Assembly (NCBI GenBank): GCA_963845515.1
Contig: CAWJSR010000035.1
Location: 32,001-96,000, forward strand
Source: an uncultured delta proteobacterium
GTDB lineage: Bacteria > Myxococcota > Myxococcia > Myxococcales > Anaeromyxobacteraceae
Reading direction: 5' to 3'
DNA: 64,000 nt
The position numbers and the translations under genes are program-made. The notes under the pieces were generated by a model that was not told where the DNA came from, searched no databases, and worked only from the letters and a program-made list of their open reading frames with translations. This document shows, one piece after another, positions 29,279 to 41,893 of this stretch (position 1 is its first letter; every line of letters starts with the position of its first letter).

Positions 29279-32200
29279 TCAGGCCAGGACGAAGATCAGG
29301 TCGTCCTTCTCGATCTTGTCCCCTTCCTTGAACTTCACCTCGCCGACGATGCAGTCGGCCTTGGCCTTGATGTTGGTCTCCATCTTCATGGCCTCGGTGA
29401 CCATCAGGACGCGCGCCGGCGGCGACCTTGTCGCCCGGCTTGACCGCGACCTTGACGACCTTGCCCGGCATCGGCGCGCCGACGTGGAGCGGGTTGCCCT
29501 TGTCGGCCTTCGGCCGCGTCACGCTGGTGGTCGCCGCCGCCTGGTCGCGGATCGTGACCGAGCGCCCGTCGCCGTTCAGCTCGAAGTAGAGGTCGCGCGT
29601 CCCGTCGGGATGCAGCTTCCCGATGGTGTTGAGCTTCACGATGAGCGTCTTGCCGGGCTCGATGTCGATCGAGGTCTCCTGCCCCGGCTCGAGGCCGTAG
29701 AGGAAGACCGGCGTCGGGATGACCGACGTGTCCGAGAACTCGTCCTTGTGCCGGTCGAGGTCGGGGTAGACGTTCGGGTAGAGCAGGTACGAGACGAGCG
29801 CCTTGGCGTCGATCGGGTGGCCGATCCGCGCCTCCGCCTTCTTGCGTCTCCGCGTCGAAGTCGACCGGCTCGATCAGCTCGCCCGGCCGGCTCGTGATCG
29901 GCTCGACCTCGCGGAGGATGATCTTCTGCAGCTCCGCCGGGAAGCCGCCGTGGAGCTGGCCGAGCATGCCCCGCGCGAAGCCGATGACCGACTCCGGGAA
30001 GGCGAGATCCTTCCCCTTCTCCGTGAAGAGGTCCTCCGGCTCGAGCCCGTTCTTCACGAGGAACATCGCCATGTCACCCACGACCTTCGACGACGGCGTC
30101 ACCTTGATGACGTCCCCGAAGAGCAGGTTGACCTTGCGGTACATGTCCTTGCACTCCTCCCACTTGTCGACGAGGCCGAGCCCGATGACCTGAGGTCTGT
30201 AGTTGGAGTACTGGCCGCCCGGGATCTCGTGCCGGTAGACCTCGGCGGTGCCGCTCTTGAGCCCGGACTCGAACGGCGCGTAGTACTCGCGGACCGTCTC
30301 CCAGTAGTTGGCGAGCAGCTGGAGGCCGTCCTCCTCCAGGTGGGAGTCCCACTCGGTCCCCTTGAGGGCGGCCACGAGGGAGTTGAGGTTGGGCTGCGCG
30401 GTCAGGCCCGAGAGGGAGGAGAGCGCCGCGTCGACGACGTCGACGCCCGCCTGCGCCGCCTCGAGGAGCGTCGCGCTGGCGATGCCCGAGGTGTCGTGCG
30501 TGTGCAGGTGGATCGGGAGCCCGACCTCCTGCTTCAGCGCCTTGACGAGCTTGCGGGCGGCGAAGGGCTTGAGGAGCCCGGCCATGTCCTTGATGCCGAG
30601 GAAGTGAGCCCCCATCGACTCGAGCTCCTTCGCCAGCTTCACGTAGTAGGTGAGCGGGTACTTGTCGCGCTTCGGGTCGGTGATGTCGCCCGTGTAGCAG
30701 ACCGCGGCCTCGAGGATCTTGTTCTGCTTGCGGACGGCCTCCATCGCGACCGCCATCCCCTTGGTCCAGTTGAGGGCGTCGAAGACGCGGAACACGTCGA
30801 TGCCGTTCTTCGCGGCCTCCTCGACGAAGCGCTGGACCACGTTGTCGGCGTAGTTGGTGTAGCCGACCGCGTTGGAGCCGCGCAGCAGCATCTGGAAGAG
30901 GACGTTGGGGATGGCCTGCCGCAGCTTCACGAGCCGATCCCAGGGATCCTCCTTGAGGAACCGCATCGCGACGTCGAAGGTGGCGCCGCCCCACATCTCG
31001 AGCGAGAAGAAGCCCGCGCCGTAGTGGCTGGTGGCGGGGGCGATCTTGAGCAGGTCGTGCGTGCGGACGCGGGTCGCGAGGAGCGACTGGTGCGCGTCGC
31101 GCATCGTGGTGTCGGTGAAGAGCAGCTTCTTCTGCGCCCGCACCCACTTCGCCACGGCCTCCGGCCCCTCGGCGAGGAGCAGGTCCCGCGTCCCGCGGGG
31201 GCGCGCTGCGTTCGCGTCGATCTTCGGGACCCGCGGCTCGCCCAGCTCGGCCGACTTGAGCGGCCTCGCGACGCCCTGGGAGCCGTTCACCGTCACCTCG
31301 CCGAGGAACTTCAGGAGCTTCGTGCCACGGTCCTTCTTCTGCGGGACCTGGAGGAGCTCGGGGTGCGCCTCGATGAACGAGGTGTCGCACTTCCCCGCGA
31401 GGAACTCGGGGTGCGATCATCACGTTCTCGAGGAACGCGATGTTGGTCTTCACGCCACGGACCCGGAACTCCTGCAGCGACGCGGTGCATGATGTGGGCG
31501 GCGGCCTTGAGGTCGAGCCCCCAGGTCGTCACCTTCACCAGCATCGAGTCGTAGTGCGGCGTGATCACCGCGCCGACGAAGGCCGAGCCGGCGTCGAGGC
31601 GGACGCCGAACCCGCCGGGGCTGCGGTAGGCCTTCAGGACCCCGAAGTCGGGGGCGAAGCCGTTCTGCGGATCCTCGGTCGTGATCCGGCACTGGATCGC
31701 GACGCCGCGCATCTGGACGTCGTCCTGGCTCTTGATGCCGATCTCGGGGTCGGAGAGCTTCTTCCCCTGCGCGATGAGGATCTGCGCGGTGACGAGGTTC
31801 CGTCCGGTGATCGCCTCGGTGACGGTGTGCTCCACCTGGATGCGCGGGTTCACCTCGATGAAGTAGTGCTTGCCCTCCTGGTCCAGGAGGAACTCGACCG
31901 TGCCGGCGTTCAGGTAGTTGACGCTCTTCGCGATCTTGAGCGCGTCGCCGCAGATCGCCTGGCGCTGCCCTTCGCTGAGCGCGAGCGACGGGGCGAACTC
32001 GACCACCTTCTGGTGGCGGCGCTGGATCGAGCAGTCGCGCTCGAAGAGGTGGACGAGGTTCCCGTGCTTGTCGCCGAGGACCTGGACCTCGATGTGCTTG
32101 GGCTGCTCGATGTAGCGCTCGAGGAAGACCGCCGGGTTGCCGAACGCCGCCTTCGCCTCGCTGCGGGCCGAGACGAGCCCCTGCAGCAGCTCCTCCTGGC

Positions 32201-32729
32201 TCCGGGCCACCCGCATGCCCCGGCCGCCGCCGCCGCCGCTCGCCTTGATGATGATCGGGTAGCCGGCGCTCCGCGCGAAGAGGAGCGCCTCCTCGTCGCG
32301 CTCGACCGGCTCCGCGGTGCCGGGGACGATCTGGACGCCGGCGCCCTGGGCGGCCTTGCGGCCGGCCACCTTGTCGCCGAGCTTCCGCTGCATCTCGGCC
32401 GTGGGGCCGATGAAGAAGATCCCTGCCCGCTCGCACGCCTCGGTGAACTCCGCGTTCTCCGAGAGGAAGCCGTAGCCTGGATGGATCGCGTCGCACTCGA
32501 TGCGCCGCGCGAGGTCGATGATCTCGTCGATGTCGAGGTAGGCGTCGATCGGCGCCTTCCCCTTGCCGATCAGGTAGGCCTCGTCGGCCTTGTAGCGGTG
32601 GAGCGAGAGCCGATCCTCCTCCGAGTAGATCGCGACGGTCTTGATGCCGAGCTCGGTGCAGGCTCGGAAGATGCGGATGGCGATCTCGCCGCGGTTTGCG
32701 GCCATCACCTTCCGAAAGGGAATGGGCAT
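29279..32729 (-). CDS. pyc: Pyruvate carboxylase; four +1 frameshifts (~31481, ~31415, ~29847, ~29411)
   Basis: [31 protein letters not shown] (BC); [33 protein letters not shown] (CT); EAMKM biotin motif. Confidence 0.95.
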
Positions 32730-33131
32730 GTGTGCTTCTCCGGTCGTGCGCGCGCCGTCGTGCCATCGTGGCACGCGGCATTGAACTCAACGGCTGTTGC
32801 TCGCGCTGGGCCCGGAAATGCGGGGGGAGATACGTGCGACTTGGATCGGGTCGAGCGTCACGGTCTCGGCTCGGTCCAACGCGGCGCTTCGTGAAACGAA
32901 CGGACGCAGTATAGAGCAAATCGGGGCGCGCGGTGTCGAGCCCCGACCGCACAGGAGGCTACGATCCTTCGCGATCAGGGCGCGTTCGCCCAAGCGGGCG
33001 TTACCCTCGAAGGGCGCACGCCGGCGCCCAGGGGCCGGTGCAAACGTCCGTAACGGCTCGACCTTCGCCGGGACACCGACCGCGTCCCGTGTTATCTTCA
33101 CCCGCTCCGCTCCACATTGAGTCCGCCCCAC

Positions 33132-36100
33132 ATGCCCATCCACAGGCCGCCTCGCGAGATCCCCTTTAACTACACCTCGGCCGACGACCGTCAGGCCGTC
33201 ACGCTGCTGCTCGGCGCCGAGGTCTGGACCAGGCTCGAGGAGCTGAGGGCGCGGCGCGTCACGGGCCGCTCGGCCCGGCTGCTGATGCGCTTCTTCGGCG
33301 AGGTGCTGATCCACCGGCGCAACCCCTTCCTCCTCCAGGAGCTGGCCGACTCCGGCGAGCGGCGCCGCCGGCTCTTCGCCAACATGGAGAAGGACCTCTC
33401 GCTGGTGGAGAAGAACTCGGGCGGCGAGCCCCGCGTCGTCGACGTGCTCTCTGCATGCCGCACGCTCTTCGCCGAGTTCAAGCGCGAGATCGAGGAGACG
33501 CCGGACCTCCGCCGCCGGATGCAGTCGGAGCTGGGGCGGGTCGTGGGGCGCGAGAACGTCCTCTTCGACCCGTTCACGCTCGTCTCGCACGCGACCGACG
33601 CGACCGACTGGCGGCTCCACCTGCCGGTCGCGGTGGTGATGCCGGATGAGGAGGGGCAGGTCGCCCCGCTCCTGGCCGCCATCGGGAAGCTCGGGCTGAA
33701 GGCCATCCCGCGCGGCGCGGGCACTGGGCTCACCGGTGGGGCCGTCCCGCTGCGCGCAGCCTGCGTCGTCGTCAACACCGAGAAGCTCAACCGGATCCGC
33801 GGGATCGTCGAGCGCAAGCTGCGCCTCCCGGATGGGCGAGAGATCGCCACCAAGGCGCTGGAGCTGGAGACTGGCGTCATCACGGAGCGGGCGATGGAGG
33901 AGGCGGAGCACCACGGCCTCGTCTTCGCGACCGACCCGACGAGCGCCTGGGCCTGCACGATCGGCGGCAACATCGCCGAGAACGCCGGCGGCAAGGACTG
34001 CGTCCTGTACGGGACGTGCATCGACAACCTGCTCTCGTGGCGGATGGCCATGCCGAGCGGGAAGAGCTGGACCATCCGCAGGCTCGATCACCAGCTGCGC
34101 AAGATCCTCCCGGACGACGTCGTCACCTTCGCCATCTTCGACGAGTCCGGCGCGGAGCTGGAGCGGATCGCGCTGGGCGGCACCGAGGTGCGCAAGAAGG
34201 GGCTCTGGAAGGACATCACCAACAAGGCGCTCGGCGGCGTCCCCGGCCTGCAGAAGGAGGGGTGCGACGGCGTCATCACGTCGGCCGAGTTCATCCTGTA
34301 CCCCGAGTACGAGGTGAAGCGGACCCTCTGCCTCGAGTTCTTCGGCCCTGACTTCGACGAGGCCAGCCGCGTCATCCTCGACCTCGCGCGCGCCTTCCCC
34401 TTCCCCAACGCGGGGCGGGAGGCGCTGGAGGCGCTGGAGCACTTCGACGGGGAGTACGTCCGGGCCATCAACTACAAGATCAAGGCCGCCAGGGCGGAGA
34501 CCCCCAAGGCCGTCCTCCTGGTGGACGTCGTCGGGCACACGCCCGAGCAGGCCGCCGCAGGGATCGCGAGGATCCGCGGGATCCTCGACCGCCACCCGAA
34601 CACCCTGCTGTTCGAGGCGCGCGACGCGGCCGAGGGCAAGAAGTTCTGGGCCGACCGGAAGCGGCTTGGCGCCATCGCCCGGCGGACCAACGCGTTCAAG
34701 ATGAACGAGGACATCGTCCTCCCCCTCGAGGCGCTGGCGGAGTTCGCGCGCTGGGTCGACGACGTCAACGTCGAGGAGGAGCGCTTCGCGCAGCTCCGGT
34801 TCGTCGAGCGGGCCGAGGAGGTCCTCGGTGCGGGGCCGCGCATGGACGCCCCGGAGTGGACGGCGGCCAAGGCCCCGGCCGCGCTCGAGCGCTGCGCCCT
34901 GACCCGGGCCGCGCTCCAGGCGGCGGCCGCTGGGACGCTCCGGGGGCTGGCCGAGCTCCAGGCGCTACAGAAGGACCTCGGCGCGCTCGTCAGCGGCTAC
35001 TCCGACCTGACCTCCGACCTCGATCGCGTCCACAAGGAGGTCCGGGATCGGCTCATCGTCCTCGCGACCCACATGCACGCCGGGGACGGCAACGTCCACG
35101 TCAACGTCCCGGTCCTCTCGAACGACCGGGCGATGCTGCGCCGGACCGAGGAGATCATCGACCGGGTGATGGCGAAGGTCGTCTCGCTCGGCGGCGTCGT
35201 GTCCGGTGAGCACGGCATCGGCGTCACGAAGCTCAAGTACCTGGAGCCCGAGCGGATCACCGAGCTCGACGCCCACCGGCGCAACGTCGACCCCACCGGG
35301 ATGATGAACCCCGGGAAGCTGCAGGACGTCGAGATCCTCGACCGCGTCTTCACCCCCTCGTTCAACATCCTGGAGCTGGAGGCCCGGATCCTCAAGCACG
35401 GCCAGCTCGAGGACCTCGCGCGCTCCATCGCGCACTGCGTCCGCTGCGGCAAGTGCAAGCCCGACTGCTGCGTCTTCCACCCGGCGCGCGGGATGTTCTT
35501 CCACCCGCGCAACAAGAACCTGGCGATCGGCTCGCTCATCGAGGCGCTCCTCTACGACGCCCAGCGCGAGCGCTCGACCCGCTTCGAGCTGCTGCGCTGG
35601 CTGGAGGAGGTGGCCGACCACTGCACTGGCTGCCACAAGTGCCTGAAGCCCTGCCCCGTCGACATCGACACCGGCATCGTGTCGATCCTCGAGCGCGAGA
35701 TCCTCTCGAGCTGGGGCTACAAGCGGACGACGCCGATGACGGCGGCCACCCTCCGCTACCTCGACAGCCGCTCTCCCACCTTCAACAAGCTCTTCCGGAC
35801 CGGGGTCGTCCGGATCGGCGGCGCCGTCCAGCGGGCCGGCTGCGAGATCACCGCGCCCTTCCAGCCCAGGGACCGGCCACCGCGCTCCTACGCGCTGCAA
35901 GTCCTCCGCTCGCCCGTTCCCCCCGCGCCGCCGATGACGCTGCGCGACGTGCTCCCATACTGCGAGCCGGACCAGGTCCTGGTCTTCGAGCCCGCGGCGG
36001 AGACGAACCACACCGTCTTCTACTTCCCGGGCTGCGGCTCGGAGCGGCTCCACTCGACCATCTCCATGGCTGCGCTGCACGTCCTGAGCGAGATGGGGGT

Positions 36101-36761
36101 CCGGGCCGTCGTCCCGCCGCCGTTCCTCTGCTGCGGCTACCCCGCCCAGTTCAACGCGAAGACCGACCAGTACTCGCGGACGGTGCTGCGGGACACCATC
36201 CTCTTCAGCCAGATCCGGGAGATGTTCAGCTACCTCACCTTCGACGCCTGCCTCGTCACCTGCGGCACCTGCCGCGAGGGGCTCGACGAGATGGAGGCAG
36301 GGAAGCTCTTCGGCGGCCGCATCATCGACGTCGCGCGCTACGCGCTGGAGCAGGGGCTGCAACTCGAGGGCGACGGCGACTGGCTCTACCACGCCCCGTG
36401 CCACGACTCGCTCGAGGGGCAGGCGCTCGAGGTGATCGGCAAGCTGGGTGGCTTCGGGAAGGTGAAGCCCGTGCCGCACTGCTGCTCGGAGGCCGGGACG
36501 CTCTCGATGTCGCGTCCCGACATCACCGACTCGATGCTGCACAAGAAGCGCACGGCCCTCGCCGAGGCGCTCCAGGATCGGCCCGGTGGCGCCCGGATCC
36601 TGACCAACTGCCCGTCCTGCGTGCAGGGGCTCGGCCGTAACATCCCGCTGGGCGTCGAGCCGCGCCATATAGCCGTCGCCCTTGCCGAGAAGATCTCGGG
36701 GACCGGCTGGCTGGACCGCTTCCGGGAGACCGCGCAGCGCGCGCACGCTGTCCGCTTCTAA
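33132..36761 (+). CDS. Large FAD-linked oxidase / Fe-S oxidoreductase fusion (GlcD-like + 2x4Fe-4S + CCG domains; DUF3683-type)
   Basis: REIPFNYTS; PRGAGTGLTGG; HMHAGDGNVHVN; SGEHGIG; CVRCGKCKPDC; CTGCHKCLKPCP; FLCCG; HCCSEAG. Confidence 0.88.
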   Translation: MPIHRPPREIPFNYTSADDRQAVTLLLGAEVWTRLEELRARRVTGRSARLLMRFFGEVLIHRRNPFLLQELADSGERRRRLFANMEKDLSLVEKNSGGEPRVVDVLSACRTLFAEFKREIEETPDLRRRMQSELGRVVGRENVLFDPFTLVSHATDATDWRLHLPVAVVMPDEEGQVAPLLAAIGKLGLKAIPRGAGTGLTGGAVPLRAACVVVNTEKLNRIRGIVERKLRLPDGREIATKALELETGVITERAMEEAEHHGLVFATDPTSAWACTIGGNIAENAGGKDCVLYGTCIDNLLSWRMAMPSGKSWTIRRLDHQLRKILPDDVVTFAIFDESGAELERIALGGTEVRKKGLWKDITNKALGGVPGLQKEGCDGVITSAEFILYPEYEVKRTLCLEFFGPDFDEASRVILDLARAFPFPNAGREALEALEHFDGEYVRAINYKIKAARAETPKAVLLVDVVGHTPEQAAAGIARIRGILDRHPNTLLFEARDAAEGKKFWADRKRLGAIARRTNAFKMNEDIVLPLEALAEFARWVDDVNVEEERFAQLRFVERAEEVLGAGPRMDAPEWTAAKAPAALERCALTRAALQAAAAGTLRGLAELQALQKDLGALVSGYSDLTSDLDRVHKEVRDRLIVLATHMHAGDGNVHVNVPVLSNDRAMLRRTEEIIDRVMAKVVSLGGVVSGEHGIGVTKLKYLEPERITELDAHRRNVDPTGMMNPGKLQDVEILDRVFTPSFNILELEARILKHGQLEDLARSIAHCVRCGKCKPDCCVFHPARGMFFHPRNKNLAIGSLIEALLYDAQRERSTRFELLRWLEEVADHCTGCHKCLKPCPVDIDTGIVSILEREILSSWGYKRTTPMTAATLRYLDSRSPTFNKLFRTGVVRIGGAVQRAGCEITAPFQPRDRPPRSYALQVLRSPVPPAPPMTLRDVLPYCEPDQVLVFEPAAETNHTVFYFPGCGSERLHSTISMAALHVLSEMGVRAVVPPPFLCCGYPAQFNAKTDQYSRTVLRDTILFSQIREMFSYLTFDACLVTCGTCREGLDEMEAGKLFGGRIIDVARYALEQGLQLEGDGDWLYHAPCHDSLEGQALEVIGKLGGFGKVKPVPHCCSEAGTLSMSRPDITDSMLHKKRTALAEALQDRPGGARILTNCPSCVQGLGRNIPLGVEPRHIAVALAEKISGTGWLDRFRETAQRAHAVRF

Positions 36762-36770
36762 GGCAGCTAG

Positions 36771-38294
<1,524 letters not shown>

Positions 38295-38318
38295 CCGCCA
38301 CCGTCAAACCTGAAGCAC

Positions 38319-38357
38319 GGAGGCCCTCTTCCCGAAAGGGAGGAGGGCCTTCTTTCA
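38319..38357 (+). terminator. Rho-independent terminator after gdhA
   Basis: GGAGGCCCTCTTCCC-GAAA-GGGAGGAGGGCCTTC followed by TTTC. Confidence 0.8.
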
Positions 38358-38365
38358 TGCGCGCG

Positions 38366-39664
38366 CTACCCCCCGCTCAACCTGAGGGGCACCTCGACGT
38401 GAAACACGTCCCCCTGGAACTTGGGGAAGACCATGAGCCGCGCCGCCGCCTTGAGGCACTCGCCCAGGTCGGTGCGGTTGAGGGTCACGTCGTCGAGCGT
38501 CGGGTAGGTGACGAAGCCGTTGGGGTTGACGTTCAGGCGCAGCGCGACCGTCCGCCCGTCGAACTTGGTGTCGGTGCCCTTGCGGGCCGCCTGCTCGATG
38601 CATGACTCGAAGGCGCGCCGGCTCCCGTTGACCACCTTCTGGACGGCCGGCGGAGAGAGGGCCGACGCGGCGTCGGGCAGCTCCACGGGCTTCGCGCTGG
38701 CGACGGGCTTGGGCTCGGGCTTCGGCTCGGGCTTGGGAGGAGGAGGCGGTGGTGGTGGTGGGGGGGGAGGCTTTGGCTTCGGCTCGACCCTGGCGACCTC
38801 GACCCTCTCCTCGCGCCTGCGCTCCTCGCGGCGTGGCCTGGGCTCCGGCTCCGCCCTGACCGGCTCTGCCTTCTTCGGCTCTGTCTTGGGCTGGGGCGCT
38901 GGCGCTGGCGCCGAAGCCGCGACAGGCTCGGGCGGCGGCAGTGGCTGCGCGGCGGCGATCGGCGGCGGCGCAGGCGGCGCAGCCTTCTTCCCGCTGGTCA
39001 GGGCGACGACCACCACGATCCCGACGACCACCGCGAAGCCGATCCCGATGAGCGCCACTGGAAGGCCGCTCTTCTTCCCGTCGTCGGAGTCGCGGGGAGG
39101 CGGCGGTGCGAAGGCGGACGGCGGCGGGACCTCGCGCCCCGCCGCGTGTGGCGGCTCCGAGGCCTCGGCGCCCGGCGCGTCGAGCTCGGCGCGCATGTCC
39201 GCGAACGGGTCGGCGAGGCCGCGCCCCGCGAAGTCGTCGGGCAGGGAGCCGCGCGCCGCCTTGAGGAAGGGGTCGTCCGCGACGGCGGGAGTCGGCGAGG
39301 AAGGCGCCGAGTCGGCGAAGATGTCGACGTAGCCGCCCTCTGCTGCGGGTGGCTTCGGATCCTCCAGCGACGGAAACATCGAGATCTCGGCGGTCGGCTC
39401 CGCAGCGCTGGAGTCCACCTGCGCCGAGGGCGGGTACTGGAGCGGCGCCGCGTCGGAGGCGGGCGGCTGGTCGATCTCGACCTCGACCTCCTCCGCTCGC
39501 GGCGCAGCAACGGGCGGCGACGGCGCCGCGGCAGGAACGGCCGGCGGCGTCTTGACCACGATGAGGTGGCCGCATGCCTTGCACTTGAGTTTGTAGACCC
39601 GACCGGGTGCGGGGGCTTCTGCGGTGGCGTACTTCTTACCGCACCGGTCGCAAGAGAATTTCAC
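38366..39664 (-). CDS. Zinc-ribbon / TM / Pro-rich protein with AgmX/PglI-like C-terminal domain
   Basis: CDRC...CKAC N-terminus, one TM, poly-Pro linker, C-terminal CIEQ...LGECL...FPKF. Confidence 0.8.
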   Translation of the reverse strand: MKFSCDRCGKKYATAEAPAPGRVYKLKCKACGHLIVVKTPPAVPAAAPSPPVAAPRAEEVEVEIDQPPASDAAPLQYPPSAQVDSSAAEPTAEISMFPSLEDPKPPAAEGGYVDIFADSAPSSPTPAVADDPFLKAARGSLPDDFAGRGLADPFADMRAELDAPGAEASEPPHAAGREVPPPSAFAPPPPRDSDDGKKSGLPVALIGIGFAVVVGIVVVVALTSGKKAAPPAPPPIAAAQPLPPPEPVAASAPAPAPQPKTEPKKAEPVRAEPEPRPRREERRREERVEVARVEPKPKPPPPPPPPPPPPKPEPKPEPKPVASAKPVELPDAASALSPPAVQKVVNGSRRAFESCIEQAARKGTDTKFDGRTVALRLNVNPNGFVTYPTLDDVTLNRTDLGECLKAAARLMVFPKFQGDVFHVEVPLRLSGG

Positions 39665-39761
39665 GGTGGAATCCTACTTTTAGCCCGGACTCGGGGCAAC
39701 TATCGGGACTCTGCCTCCGTCCCCCGATCACGGGATCTCAGTCGCGCCTGGTCTGGCCCAA

Positions 39762-41138
39762 TCAGGTCTGGTCGGTCACCGAGACCGTCTTCATGTTCAG
39801 GAACTCCCGCATGCCGACCGCGGACAGCTCCCGCCCGTAGCCCGAGCGTTTCACGCCTCCGAAAGGGAGCCTCGGATCCGAGGCCACCATGGAGTTGACG
39901 AACGTGGCCCCCGCTTCGATCTCGTCCACGAAGCGCTGGCGCTCACTTTCGTCCCGGGTCCAGACGGAGGAGCCGAGGCCGAAGGGGGTCTCGTTGGCGA
40001 TGGAGATGGCCTCCTCGACGTCGCGAACGCGGAAGAGCAACGCCACGGGGCCGAAGATCTCGTCCTTCGCCGCCGCCGAGCCGCGGGGGACGCCCGCGAT
40101 GACCGTCGGCGCGAAGAAGAAGCCCTTCCCCGGAAGCGCCGAGCCACCCGTGAGCAGCGTCCCCCCGGCGGCCGTCGCTGCCGCGACCTGCTGCGACAGC
40201 TTCTCGCGCTCGGCGCCGCTCACGATCGGTCCGACGTCGGTCGCTGCGTCGAGCGGATCCCCCACCCGCAGCGCCGCCATCCGAGCCACGAAGTCGCGGG
40301 TGAAGCGATCGTAGACCTGGTCGTGCACGATGAAGCGCTTCGCCGAGATGCAGGACTGGCCGTTGTTGATGCACCGTGCGGTCACCGCGGTCCGCGCGGC
40401 CGCCTCTACGTCGGCGCTCGGCATCACGATGAACGGATCCGAACCGCCCAGCTCGAGCACCGTCTTCTTGATCGCCTTACCGGCGGCCGAGGCCACCGCG
40501 GCGCCGGCCCACTCGGAGCCGGTGAGCGTCGCGGCGACCACGCGATCGTCCTCCAGGATCCGCTCCACCCGCGAGGAGCCGACGAGGAGCGTCTGGAACG
40601 CGCCCTCCGGGAAGCCGGCGAGCCGGAACACCTCCTCGATGGCCAGCGCCGACTGCGGCACGTTGGAGGCGTGCTTGAGCAGCCCCACGTTGCCACCGAC
40701 CAGCGCGGGCGCGGCGAACCGGAAGACCTGCCAGAAGGGGAAGTTCCAGGGCATCACCGCGAGCACCGGACCGAGCGGGAGCCACCGCACGTAGCTCCTC
40801 GTCGCGCTCGACTTCAGCTCCTCGTCGGCGAGGAAGCGCTCTCCGTTCTCCGCGTAGTAGCGGCAGACCAGCGCGCACTTCTCGACCTCGGAGATGGCGG
40901 CCTTCAGCGTCTTCCCCATCTCCAGCGTCATCGTCCGGCCGAAGCGCTCCTTCTGCGTCTCCAGCACCCCGGCCGCGCGCGCCATCAGCCCCGCGCGCTC
41001 GGCGACGGGCAGGCGTCGCCAGGTCCGGAAGCGCTCGGCGGCAAGCGCGAGCCGCGCCTCCAGCTCGGCGTCGGTCAGTTCATCGAAGCGGGCGAAGGGC
41101 TCGCCGGTGGCCGGGTTGACGCTCGACAGGGTGCTCAT
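39762..41138 (-). CDS. NAD(P)-dependent succinate-semialdehyde dehydrogenase (Sad/GabD1-like ALDH)
   Basis: VMPWNFP, LKHA, TGS, LELGGSDP, NNGQSCI, EIFGPV, PFGGVKRSGYGREL. Confidence 0.93.
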   Translation of the reverse strand: MSTLSSVNPATGEPFARFDELTDAELEARLALAAERFRTWRRLPVAERAGLMARAAGVLETQKERFGRTMTLEMGKTLKAAISEVEKCALVCRYYAENGERFLADEELKSSATRSYVRWLPLGPVLAVMPWNFPFWQVFRFAAPALVGGNVGLLKHASNVPQSALAIEEVFRLAGFPEGAFQTLLVGSSRVERILEDDRVVAATLTGSEWAGAAVASAAGKAIKKTVLELGGSDPFIVMPSADVEAAARTAVTARCINNGQSCISAKRFIVHDQVYDRFTRDFVARMAALRVGDPLDAATDVGPIVSGAEREKLSQQVAAATAAGGTLLTGGSALPGKGFFFAPTVIAGVPRGSAAAKDEIFGPVALLFRVRDVEEAISIANETPFGLGSSVWTRDESERQRFVDEIEAGATFVNSMVASDPRLPFGGVKRSGYGRELSAVGMREFLNMKTVSVTDQT

Positions 41139-41254
41139 GTCGCTCCTCCGTGGCTGGGGCGCCGTTGACCCCTCTCAATACCACGCCGCCAACGCCTGCC
41201 GGCGAACGGTAGAGCCGTTGTCGAATCGGGACCGGCCGCCTACTATCCGCGCCC

Positions 41255-41410
41255 GTGAAGCGATCACTGTTCTCCATCGACGCGGGGCTGCCCCCGTCGG
41301 GACCCGCACGCTGGGCCGTCCTCGCCTACATGGCAATCGGCGGGCTCGTCGCGCTGCTGGTGCCGATCTTCCTGGGCGTGATGCTCTGGTATTACCTCTT
41401 CGGGGAGTGA
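41255..41410 (+). CDS. 51-aa single-TM small protein (absent from the ORF track)
   Basis: MKRSLFSIDAGLPPSGPARWAVLAYMAIGGLVALLVPIFLGVMLWYYLFGE*; stop overlaps the next ATG (TGATG). Confidence 0.6.
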   Translation: MKRSLFSIDAGLPPSGPARWAVLAYMAIGGLVALLVPIFLGVMLWYYLFGE

Positions 41411-41847
41411 TGGAATCGCTCGAACAGCTCCTCGCCCGTGACGCAGCGTGGAGTCCACCGCGCGCCGAGCTGGAGGCATGGATCGAGGAGGCAGCGCGTC
41501 CCGGCGCTCCGCCCGGGCTCCTGCACGAGGCCCGCTGGTGGCAGGCTCACGAGGCCGCCCTGCGCGCCGACTGGGCGCGCGTCACGGCGCTGGCCGAGGA
41601 GGGGCTCGGCGAGCCGTTCTCGGAGCGAGAGGCGATCCGGCTCGCGCTCCTGCAGGCGATCTCCGGCAACGTCCACGAGGCCCAGCACGTGCTGGCGCAG
41701 GCGATCCAGTGGCAGGGCGGCGAGGACCTCCTCGTGCGCTTCGCGGAGCTGTGCGCGGCCGAGGGGCTCCCCGAGGCGGCGGAGCGCTTCCGCCTTCTCA
41801 GCGGGCGGGGTGCCGGCGGCCGCCCGCCGTCACCGGCCTCCCGGTGA
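41410..41847 (+). CDS. Hypothetical helical (TPR-like) protein
   Basis: GGGGAG before ATG 41410; amphipathic helical sequence; host-like codon usage. Confidence 0.6.
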   Translation: MESLEQLLARDAAWSPPRAELEAWIEEAARPGAPPGLLHEARWWQAHEAALRADWARVTALAEEGLGEPFSEREAIRLALLQAISGNVHEAQHVLAQAIQWQGGEDLLVRFAELCAAEGLPEAAERFRLLSGRGAGGRPPSPASR

Positions 41848-41893
41848 GGGAGAAGCTCCCTGCCGACCTGCGGTGCGGGTCGTCCTCACCGCC

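Noticed and set aside
29279..32729. pyc as a true pseudogene or programmed-frameshift gene
   Set aside because: Four isolated +1 insertions with no slippery sites and otherwise intact motifs fit sequencing error better.
32759..32775. Palindrome CGTGCCA-TCG-TGGCACG upstream of pyc as a sigma54 promoter
   Set aside because: GG-N10-GC spacing is not met on either strand; it might be an operator but nothing else supports that.
38690..38775. GGT/GGA and GGGCTT short repeats
   Set aside because: They encode the poly-Pro/PKPE linker of the AgmX-like protein; ordinary low complexity.
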